Shown here: positions 24,197 through 36,400 of the stretch, piece by piece
Layout: each line of letters opens with the position of its first letter
Position numbering within the stretch: the first letter of the stretch is position 1
NCBI GenBank assembly: GCA_002269645.1
Contig: NIVC01000236.1
Span: 124,001 to 188,000, forward strand
Length of the DNA stretch: 64,000 nucleotides
Source: Macrostomum lignano
Lineage: Eukaryota
Direction: 5' to 3'
Translations under genes and position numbers: made by a program
The notes under the pieces: model-generated
The model's database searches: none
What the model was told of the DNA's origin: nothing
What the model saw: only the letters and a program-made list of their open reading frames with translations

Positions 24197-24599
24197 TGAA
24201 ATAACACGACGCATCAAGCTAGACCGAAGATGGATGAAAAGGAAGGACCAGCGGGATGGCTCGGAGAAAATGGTTGTCAACCGGGATTGTCAGTTCCCAG
24301 TTTTTTTATCCTTTTCTTCTTCCTTAACTTCTTTCCTTAGTTTGATTTTGTTTGATTTTGGACTTGTTCAATAGCGAAGGTGACAAAGTTTGCAATGGAG
24401 TGGTTGGGGGGGGGGTGAGAAAGTGTGCTGAAAACTCCGATCCCCTGTTAATGTTTCATTCTTTCTCTCATTGTCCTTCTTGTTTTCCCTACATAGAGGA
24501 TTTCCCCAGATTGGTACCACAGGAGTGTCGCAGATGATGCTCCTGCACCTCATTGTTAAGAAGTTTCTAAGAAATATCCTAGAGTACCCTAGTAGTTTG

Positions 24600-25260
24600 A
24601 GTTCCGATTTTAACGAATTAAAAGCATCGTTGAAAGACCCTTGAAGTTGTGTGACGGATGGAAGGACTGTCGGTGCAATAAAGACAGTTGTGGCGTGAAA
24701 CGATTGTGAGCTTTCTTGATGGTCATGTCAAGGAAGCTGACCTCAATCAATGAGGAGCTGACGGAGAGATTAATGTTATAGGGTTGATGGAAGTCAGGTG
24801 ACGAACAAATTCTGTCAGAGTATCAGCCGGGTGGTCTCAGTGAATAAAGCTATCATCTATGTACCTGAAGTAGATGTCCGGCTTATAGAGGGAAGTTCTC
24901 AGGGCAGTTTCCTCCCAGAGACCCATAAAGAGACAGGCATAGCTGGGTGCAAATATGCTCAAGTATGCAATTCTCCCCATAGAGAAGATAAAGAGAACAG
25001 CTTCCTTGATATGAATTTTCTGCTATATAAATCGAGACAGATCCCCCTGATCCCCTGATCATCTGCGCAGTCTCGGGTTGCAGTGGCTGGTCCAGCTGTT
25101 GGTGGGCATCAGTATCAAGCAGTCAGTTGGTTGTAAGCCGAAAATTTATGAGTGCATGATGATTACTACGTTTCCTTTGTCCTGAGGCGCTCTGGTCTCT
25201 GGGGCCTCCAGGTTGTATTTGACGTTGTCAGATTCTCCACCAGTTCTGGTTCTCAAGCGC
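24600..25260 (-). mobile_element. Degenerate Penelope-like retroelement RT fragment
   Basis: Minus strand gives QDKGNVVII, FAPSYACLFMGLWEE..YKPDIYFRYIDDSFIH* (YIDD at 24863-24852), TLTEFVRHLTSINP and VSFLDMTIK. Stops and deletions are present. Confidence 0.8.
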
Positions 25261-26589
25261 AAACAGATTGCACTCATCACTCCTAAGTCCGGAGGGGGGG
25301 ACTTCTTCACTGATTTCCCGGTATAAAGAGGGGCTGCTTTTGGCGAGACTCCTCTTTTAGAACAGTCTCTCCAGAAAAAGTGACTATGAACTTCCGTCAT
25401 TCTCTTCCTCAGATCACCTACATCAAAGGCTTGGGTTGGAACAAAACTGAGCCGCCCTGTCTAGCAGTCTCGTCTCAGATTCAGAGAGAGATTGAAGGTT
25501 TAAACTTTTGCCTACAGTGGTCTCAGTCAGGATGTCAGCGCAGGAATAAACTCAAGCGCTGAGAAGGATACAATTGGTTTAAGAGGGGTAAAACTAAAAG
25601 AGGAGCGTAGTGAAGCAAACCCCAATACAGTTGGTTTGCCGAGAGTTTGAGGCCACTGACAAGCTTTGGACAGAGGACCAGGTTTCAGAGCCACTGCTGA
25701 AAATGAGCGGAGCGGGTTGCTCAACCGGATGCTGGGTGAGCCATCCAGAAGCGGCCTGTTGCGTTCAGGACCATCAGGGGCGTCCTCCGAGTCCGGGGAG
25801 AGCAGGCGGCGTTTAGCGAAGTGAAGCCGCCAGTCCGAACGTGGAAGAGGCGGGGTCAGAGACAGGTTATCACCGGCTCTGCCCGCTGCATGGCTGCTGT
25901 CCGGCGGGCGATGCCCGCGGCCGTGGTCCGACGCCGAATCCGCGCCCGCTGCCGCGTCCCAAGTCAGCGCTTGGAGCAGAGGTAGAGAGAGAGCATTTCT
26001 TCAGAGAAGAGCGACTTTGCTTCTAGTAGCAGAAGTCGGAAAAAAACCCGAACAAGTACAGAGAAAAATACCTAATTAAAGAGTTTCCTTTGCTTTGCCC
26101 AAGCTGATTAAAGCTCATCAGTAGGCGCATAAATGATCTATAATCAGTATCAACTCAGATCGGATCTCGGCTCGCACAAGCGGCTTCTGGCGCAAAGCGC
26201 GAAAGGCGGACCTCAATTAGACAAACCGAAATAGACAGCGCCAGAAGAAACAGATTGACAGCTGAAATAACACTGCAGCACGGTTTTTAGCGAAAAGATT
26301 CAGTGCAAACAGTGCGAATAAAGTGTAAATATGAGCCAAGAAGCAGTTTAGTTGAGTCACCCGGGCTGGCTGCAAAGCTCCCGGCTCATGCTTGCAATGA
26401 GTCCGACTACATAAGGCTTCCCAGGAAGCTGGCGGGCTGCAAGCGTGTCTTCAAGCCTCCCCCGGAGTTGCTAGCAGGTGGGGGCTGAAGCGTCTTGGAG
26501 CAGCTTAGCCCAGGCTGGGGAGTTGAAAAACTTCCGTCTCTGCCTTTTCTTTGGCTCATTTGCGTTTCCTTCGCTCTGTATGCGGATGA

Positions 26590-27142
<553 letters not shown>

Positions 27143-27455
27143 GAGGCAAAGGCTAATAAATATTGTAATTTTTCTCAGGCTTAACCGGGTAAGACTGGCA
27201 GCAGTCGCTGAATCCTGTTGGACAGCTGCCGCTAGAATGGGATCCAGTTGCGAGGCTCATTAAAAATATTTATTAAAAACACTTCTACTTTCAAAGTAAA
27301 ATAGCAAACAGGTTACGTTCGCGGTTCTGAGTCAACAAATAAATATGAGCGTAGAACTGCCACCAGTCTGCAGTCTTGAGTACAGGAAAATATAATGAAT
27401 TGCAAAAGTTACAGAAATAGCATTAGAGAGGCGGCCTTGGCGGTGCCGACGCGCC

Positions 27456-30400
27456 TCAGAGCTCGCAGACGACGCTGCCCTCGGCATCGTCCTCCACCGA
27501 GTCCTCAATAAATGCTCGATTCGTCGCGCCCTCCTCGATGACCACGGCGATCGCCGTATCGTCGCAGAATGACAGCACCTTCTTCTTGGCGTTGGTGGAC
27601 CCGTTGGTGCCGGCGCTGCGGCTGAGGATCGACTTCCGCGCCGCGGTGCCGTTGCTGCGCTGCGCCGGTCCCAGCGCCGACATCTCCAGAGACTCGCTGG
27701 ACATAAAGATGCGAAACGGCGCCGCCTCGGAGCCGCTGCCGGTCAGCCGCGCTTTCTGCAGGCTGCGCGGCAGCAGCTTCTGCGCCTCCGTGGCGGCCGG
27801 CCGCGTTGATGGCAGCGGCGGCGTCGGCGGCCGGACCTCGTCGACGACTGTGACAGTGACGCGATCTGGCGAGGCCGCCGCCGCCGCCGCCGCCGATTCG
27901 TCGGAGTCTCTGGCAGCGGCGTGCAGGCGATAGCGGCGGCTGCCCAGGGCGGGGGCGGGTGGCGGCGAGCGGGCCGTGCCTCGGAGGCGCTGCGCCCCCC
28001 AGGACGGGTTCGCCTCCTCGTCGGAGCCCGCGTCGGCATCCGCGTCGCCATCCGCTTCGACGTCAGACGGGATCAGCGCGTCCCCAGCCTCCAAGAGCAT
28101 GGAATCCTCAGCCTCATCGCTGACGCTCGAGATGCAGTAGGTGGTAACGAATTTGCCGTCCTGTGGGTGGGGAGGGGGGCAGCTCGGTGAGCCTGCGGTG
28201 TCCCCACTGTGACGTCACGCCATTTGCCACCTGTTTTATAATTCTTGTTGTCTGTCTTCTCATCTAATCTTTTCTTAATTGATGACGATTGCGAATCCGA
28301 CTTTTTCTCGCGAATTTCACGTTTCTGGAATTCGCCTCGCTAAGCCCAGCTCCTCCACCACGCCATTGTTCGGATAAAAGTCCTCTCTCTCCCCCCCCTC
28401 TCTCCCTCTCTCCCTCTCTCCCTGCGCACTGCCATGCGCATTTTTTTCATAATGGAGTGGGCGCCCCACTAGGGACTGAATTTTATAATCCGGAGTCTGG
28501 CCAGCCATGCCAACCCCAGCCTGTGCTGCATCTGTCGGGGCCAAAATTACCCCAAATTAATTTGCAGGTCTAATTACATATCTCTGAGACTCGCTGACGT
28601 GAAATTCGATTACAGCCGGCCGCCCCTCCCGCCATTCTGCTCCGGCAATCGATCAGGAGCTGCTGCCGGGCCTGCCGGACTCAAATATTGACACCGCAGC
28701 GCCCGCCACCAACTCAAGTGAGGGCTGGGGACGGGCCGCAGTGCAGTGAAACAAAAGGCGAGCCCGCCTGGGAGCATTGAGGGATTCTAAAATCGATAGA
28801 TGCTTATTTGAAGGATAAGGCAGCCCTCTAATTATAGTCTTACTGGAAGCATTGCCCAGAAATTTTCGACAATTTAAAGATGACCATCTTTTCCCTAAAT
28901 AGGATTTTATCCAAGTAAAGTAGGGAAATTACCAGCCTACTCACAGGTGCAACTCTGAGCTGGCCTCACCTGCCCAACCGTCAATTGCGCATTCTGCAAG
29001 CCTAATTAATCACTGGGTAGAACAATTCTGCTCTTTGGAAGTTGAGCATTTTGCTCTGAAGACAGTTCCGTCATTATCCTGATTGATGGGGGGAGCTGGC
29101 TTTGAAGTGGACTCGGTAGAGCTATTAATAAAAACTCAGGCGGATGCCTGCTGCTTCAAGCCACATTAGAAACATAGCAGGTGTCAGCACCGGCCACCAA
29201 TGCCTCAGCGACCTCGAATTTGCACTCACCGAAGCCGGGCAGAGTCGCTTCTCAAAGTGGAACTTTTGCTGCTCCTTTTTCTTTTTCTTTTTCTTTTTCT
29301 TTTTCTTTTTCTTCCTGTTGCTGCGTTTTTCGCCGGCTGCCTCCAAGCCCGGCGGTGGCGAGGTGCCCGAAGCTGCCGCTGCCGCCGTTGCCGCCGCCGT
29401 GGCTGCCGCATTCGCAGCCGCCGCAGCGGTTGCCGCCGCTGCCGCCGCCACCTTCGCCGCTGCGGTGGCGGACTTTGGCTCCGGCTGTGGAATCGGGGGC
29501 TGAGCTTCTGCCTGATCCGCCGTGGCACTCTCGGCGGCTTCCCCGTCGGCTCCGTTGCCCATTTCCTGCGCCGCCCCCTCAGCTGCCTCCATCGCCGCCT
29601 CCACCTTCGCAGCCTCGTCGGTTGGCTGCTCTGGCTCTGATGGCGCTGCAGTCTCCGGCTCTTCGTTCTCCTCAGTTTCGCCCGCGAGGGCCCGCCGCAC
29701 CGTCTCGGACGCGTGCACCTGGTGCTTCTCGGCGCTCAGCGCCAGCTGCAGGGCCACATGGAGCGCGCCGCCGCCAGCGAAGAGCGCCGGGACGCCGGAA
29801 GTGATGACGCCGATGGACACTGGGCCGCAGTGCAGCCCTGCACAGGCGGCCATCGGTGGTGACGCTACACCGCCGCCATTGCCGCAGTCGGCGTCGTCAT
29901 TGACATGGACTCCGCCGCATCGCACTAGGCGGATTAGGTGCTCAGCCAGGCGCAGCAGATCGCGGACGCTGCGTCGAGAGGACTTTCGCCGCAGGCCGCA
30001 TAGGAACAGGAAGAGGTCGCCGAACGCGTGGCGCATGTGGACGTCCCTGTAGCTGGCGGCGATGCTGTTGAATACGTGGTAGTGGGCGTTGGAGACGGCG
30101 TTCACCTCAAAGGGCCGTTTGACGTCGCTAAGGCAGGCCAGGCCATCCAGGCGCACGAAGAGCACCCCGGCCAGCCGCTTGTACTCTGGCTGGAACGGCT
30201 GGTCGTTGAGCAATCGGCTGGCGTAGAACTCGGGCAGGTTGGAGCGGATCATGGCCTGGTAGGAGTCTCGCTGCTCCTCCATGGCCGAGTTTAATGCCAG
30301 CATCTCGTTCTCCAGCAGCAGGTGCTCGGACTCCAGGCTGTCAAACATGCTCTGCATCATGTTCTTGCGTCTGGGGAAGCACTTCTTGACCAGCTTGGTG

Positions 30401-33400
30401 AGGTTCTCGGCGCTGGGCCGGACCCTGGGATCGTCGCTCCAGGAGGTTTCCAGCACCTGGCGGAAGGTGATGGGGATGTCCTGAAGCTGGTCAGGCCGCA
30501 GCGAGTTCTTCACAATGGCCGTGAGCAGGTCCCGGGCGTTGCTCAGGTCCTCCCTGTAGCTGGCGAAGGGAATGCTCCGGGTGAAGATCTCGTAGAAGAT
30601 CACAGCGCAGGAGTAAATGTCGGAGCTCTGGTCCGGCGGCCACTGCAGCTCGGAGCGGAGGATCTCGGGTGCAACATAGATGTCGAAGTCCAGGACCTGC
30701 TGCTCGCTGGGATACTCGCCCAGTATGGCGTCGCGGACGTACTGGATGGCCGGCCGGGCGTCTTTGACGGCCCGGGTGGTGGTTGAATAGTACATGAGGT
30801 ACTCCCAGTCCGCTAGCTTCACCGTCCACTTGCTGTCCATGAGGCAGGCGCTGGTCCGCAGCATGCCGTGCACGATGCCCTGGCTGTGCAGGTAGCTGAC
30901 AGCCTGGCAGATGTCCATCACTATGGAGCCTTTGACCGCGGGCGCCAGATCCAGCTTGGGGTTGTGCACAACCTTGCTGAGCGGGCCGCGCTCGCAGTAC
31001 TCTGACACAACAAAGAAGTCCCGCTCGACCTGGGTCAGGCCGTGGAACGCTGCCACGTTGTTGTGGTGGACGCGGTCCATCATCCACTGCAGCAGCTTCT
31101 TAGTGGAGATGTCGAGCCTCTCTTGCGATCGCTGCGTCTGCAGCAGTCGCACGCCGACGCTGGCCTCCCGGAACTTGCCCGGCCACTGCAGCACCGTGTC
31201 CGCGTCGTAATCCTCCTCGCTCTCCGCTTCATCCTCCGTCATCTGCGTGCCGACGGAGATCGTGTCGGAATCGTCCATGCGGAAGCTGCGCATTGATCGG
31301 TTGCGGCCGCGGCTGCGCGGAGCGAAGAACATGATCTCCTCGATCGGCACCAGCCACAGGTCCTGCGGAGGGGGAGGGGGAGGAGGGGGAGAGTTGCTGT
31401 CTGGCACCTGCGCGACTTTTTGATGCAGAAGCAAGTATCAACTGCCTTTGGGGCGTGCCCCACCTAACCAGCGGCTCATATGTTATACAAACTACTTTCA
31501 CTCTGCGTAAAGAGCCCAGCCCAAACCTCCTTGGTCTCTCCTGCTCCCTTGCTGTTGAGCTGTGAGCTGCTTTGCTGCCTGAAGGCTTGTCTAAAAACTA
31601 ACGGATTAACTCTCAGTGCCAGTCAAGAAAACCTGGATGGAAAATGAATGTAAAAATACAGTGTGTTGCTGAAGCTTCAGAACTGGCTCACCTGGTTGAG
31701 CAGCTTCCACTGCACGTAGTTCTGCCTGGCAATGTACGCCCCGAGGCCGCCGGCCACCAGCAGCCCGACGCCAACGGAGGCGAGCGTCGGCGCCATCCAG
31801 GACGAGTTCCGGCTCTCCGCTTCCGTCTGCTCGCGGCGCCGCTTCTCCAGCCAGAGCTCGCGCAGGAGCCGCCCACCGCAAGCGGCCTTGTCGAGCACCT
31901 GCGTCCGGACCTTCTGGTGGACAGCGTTGCTAAGCGGCACGAAATTGTTGGCGCGGATAATGCTGGCCGGCTCCGGGTCCGTGTAGAACCAGTTCAGGAA
32001 GCCATAGAACTCGGTGGCTTCATCGCACCTGGAGTTCGGGCGGAGTCCGGCTAGTGCTGAGTGCCCTATCTATTTAGTATCTTTCGGCTGTCTGAATTTT
32101 TGTTTTATAGCCCTCTCACATTAACCAGTCCTCTCTTGTCCACTCTACAGTCCCCTCTTGTCTACTCTACAGTCCACTCTATAGTCCTCTCTTGTCCACT
32201 CTACAGTCCTCTCTTGTCCACTCTACAGTCCACTCTACAGACCTCTCTTGTCCACTCTACAGTACTCTCTTGTCCACTCTACAGTCTTCTCTTGTCCTCT
32301 GGACAGTCCTCTCTTGTCCTCTCTACAGTCCTCTCTTGTCCACTCTACAGTCCTCTCTTGTCCACTCTACAGTCCACTCTACAGTCCTCTCTTGTCCACT
32401 CTACAGTCCTCTCTTGTCCACTCTACAGTCCTCTCTTGTCCACTCTACAGTCCTCTCTTGTCCACTCTACAGTCCTCTCTTGTCCACTCTACAGTCCACT
32501 CTACAGTCCTCTCTTGTCCACTCTACAGTCCTCTCTTGTCCACTCTACAGTCCACTCTACAGTCCTCTCTTGTCCACTCTACAGTCCTCTCTTGTCCACT
32601 CTACAGTCCACTCTACAGTACTCTCTTGTCCACTCTACAGTCCTTTCTTGTCCACTCTACAGTCCTCTCTTGTCCACTCTACAGTCCTCTCTTGTCCACT
32701 CTACAGTCCTTTCTTGTCCACTCTACTGTCCTCTCTTTGCCCCATCTACACGCATGTCGCTCTTGTGTCCTTTCTATATGCGAAACATGAAAAGCCTTGG
32801 CCTGCAATCAATTTAAATAATTTGTGCATATTTTATTGCTTTTAGCCTCGAAGCACTGCAATTATGAAAATTAAGCGTCGGGCTGTCCAATAGAACCAAT
32901 CCACGACATTAGAATGAAAGAATCAGCAGAGACTGCTTTTCCATTGTTATCAGACCTCACTCGCACAAAGGGCTGCTGAGTGAGGTCTGTTTGGTTAGTC
33001 AGTTTTAAGGTTCAGTTTTAAGAGGTTATCGCCCCGTGCAAATGCTGCAGCCGTCGACAGCTACATAACCCCACAGTGGATATGCAACGATTGAGAGGGA
33101 CTGGCCTTCATAAGCACACAGCATCATGTCCAATGTAGAGGCTTTAGTTCACATACGATCCCCATTGCGTCTGCTTATCCTCTGGGGCTGAATGAGACTT
33201 CTCAATGATTCTACTCTCATTGCCGGCCCAGTAGTCCTTGTTCTACTCTCATTGCCGGTCCAGTAGTCCTTTTTCTACTCTCATTGCCGGCCCAGTAGTC
33301 CTTGTTCTACTCTCATTGCCGGTCCAGTAGTCCTTGTTCTACTCTCATTGCCGGCCCAGTAGTCCTTGTTCTACTCTCATTGCCGGTCCAGTAGTCCTTG

Positions 33401-36400
33401 TTCTACTCTCATTGCCGGCCCAGTAGTCCTTGTTCTACTCTCATTGCCGGTCCAGTAGTCCTTGTTCTACTCTCATTGCCGGTCCAGTAGTCCTTGTTCT
33501 ACTCTCATTGCCGGTCCAGTAGTCCTTGTTCTACTCATTGCCTGTACAATAGTCCTTATTCTACTCATTGCCTGTACAATCGTCCTTATTCTACTCATTG
33601 CCTGTACAATCGTCCTTGTTCTACTCTCATTGACTGTACAATAGTCCTTATTCTACTCATTGCCTGTACAATCGTCCTTGTTCTACTCTCATTGACTGTA
33701 CAATAGTCCTTATTCTACTCATTGCCTGTACAATCATCCTTGTTCTACTCTCATTGACTGTACAATAGTCCTTATTCTACTCGTTACATGTGCAATAGTC
33801 CTAATTCTACTCATTGCCTGTACAATCGTGCTTGTTCTACTCTCATTGACTGTACAATAGTCCTTGTTCTACTCATTACATGTACAATAGTCCTTATTCT
33901 ACTCATTACATGTACAATAGTCCTAATTCTACTCATTGCCTGTACAATAGTCCTAATTCTACTCATTGCCTGTACAATCGTGCTTGTTCTACTCTCATTG
34001 ACTGTACAATAGTCCTTGTTCTACTCATTACATGTACAATAGTCCTAATTCTACTCATTACATGTACAATAGTCCTAATTCTACTCATTACATGTACAAT
34101 AGTCCTAATTCTACTCATTGCCTGTACAATAGTCCTAATTCTACTCATTGCCTGTACAATAGTCCTAATTCTACTCATTGCCTGTACAATAGTCCTTGCT
34201 GTTATCTAGGAAACAGACTTCCTGCTAGTATTTTCTAGGAAAAAACCCTGTAGCTGTGTGAACCCAGATCCTCTTTAAGCTTTGCTGCCTTTAGCTCTAA
34301 TCGACAAACAACTTAGGCTGCAGGAAACAATAGTGTTTATATAAAACAAGAGAAACCGTCCCATAAGACTCACCTCGCAGTCATGTTCATCTTGATGATG
34401 AAGTAGGTGTAGGTGGCGATTGGGTAGGCGTCCGGGTTCTGGGCGTCAATGAGGTGTCCAGTTAGCCGGGAGTCCATTGTGTTAGCGTAGAAGTCCATGG
34501 CCGCCTGCACGGAGGCCGGTTGCGAGGCGTCCACGAAGCTTCCGTTGGCGTTCTCAATCAGCGCGAGGCTCACGAGGCTCTCATCGTTCAGTCTGAGATC
34601 CGAGGCCGATATGTAGGCGATGGAGTTTCGCAGGCTGCTGAGCAGGGCGGTGAGCCCATCGGTACCCTGGGCGAAGAACTCAACAACTGAATTGTTCCAG
34701 TCCGGGTGTCTCCAGGTGACTTTGTTGAGCTCGCGCTCGAACTCGCCGTACTTGGCCTTCCACTCGGCTGAGAAGGAGCTCAGAGCTTGGGTGAAGACTG
34801 CGGTGGAGCCCGACTTGTCCATGCGAGCCATGGGCCGGACGGGGTTGTGGGGCAGACTCGAGTTCGGGTTCGCGTTAACAATGCCCGGGCTGTCCCAGTG
34901 CGAGGTCTTCCCCATGTAGATGTCGACCAGAGTCTGGCGGGTCAGGCGCAGCCGTGTTGCACCGAAGGACGGCGGGTGATAGGCCACCGCCACGGCGCTG
35001 TGGGAGTTCGTTGGCTTTCATTTAGCTTCTCAGCACCTCGAGGCCTCTCAACTGGCTATGTTCGGGTAAGCCTCACAAGGCTACTCAAGCCTCCCTGACA
35101 CACTCCAGGGCTACTCAAGCCCCCTGACACACTCCAGGGCTACTCAAGCGTCCCTGACACACTCCAGGGCTACTCAAGCCCCCTGACACACTCCAGGGCT
35201 ACTCAAGCGTCCCTGACACACTCCAGGGCTACTCAAGCGTCCCTGACACACTCCAGGGCTACTCAAGCCCCCTGACACACTCCAGGGCTACTCAAGCCTG
35301 TGTCACACCATATCTGTATCACACCATGCCTGTATCACACCATGCCTGCATCACACCATATCTGTATCACACCATGTCTGTATCACACCATGCCTGCATC
35401 ACGCCATGCCTGCATCACGCCATGCCTGTATCACGCCATGCCTGTATCACGCCATGCCTGTATCACGCCATGCCTGTATCACGCCATGCCTGTATCACGC
35501 CATGCCTGCATCACGCCATGTCTGTCTCCAGAGCGGCTTGTGAATGCAAAAGCAGACCTAGCGGTCGGTCCTTGCAACCAGTCCCGTGCATTGCAGTAGT
35601 CACGGGAGTTTCTCGAGAGTCTGTAGGCACGGATAAGCTGAGATCTCAGCAAACTGTAAACTCGTGCATAATTCAGCAAAAGTACACAATGAAAGCACAC
35701 ACACACACACACTCGCAAAAGGCATATCTGAGCAATTCATGCATCTGTAAATATTAGCATGGATCTTCTACACTAAGGCAGGCTATCGCTCTGACTGGTC
35801 TCGTACTTTAAATAGCGGCGATCGCTGGTCTCTACACTTGTCCTGCCGATGCTGGATGGCAATTTTTATTGTGAGGCTACTGTGAGGCGAGGGCAGGCCG
35901 GTTACTGCTGGCGGAATTAAACCCGTCACGGCCCATTAATTAATGAGTTGTTGCAGAGACTGGCGCGGCTGAGGGTGGCCATCAGGCCAGAGCTCAGGCA
36001 TACGGCCCAGCCTAATAGCGGCTCAGGGTTTCAGCTCAATTGGCTATTTGAACAGAGCTTACGGTGCCAAAGCTGGGGGCGGAGCGGAGGGCGGGAGGCG
36101 CTGTCATGAGCCAGCAGCCCCATGGCGGCGGAGCGGAGGGCGGGAGGCGCCGTCATGAGCCAGCAGCCCCATGGCGGCGGAGCGGAGGGCGGGAGGCACC
36201 GTCATGAGCCAGCAGCCCCATGGCGGCGGAGCGGAGGGCGGGAGGCGCCGTCATGAGCCAGCAGCCCCATGGCGGCGGAGCGGAGGGCGGGAGGCGCCGT
36301 CATGAGCCAGCAGCCCCATGGCGGCGGAGCGGAGGGCGGGAGGCGCCGTCATGAGCCAGCAGCCCCATGGCGGCGAAGCGGAGGGCGGGAGGCGCCGTCA

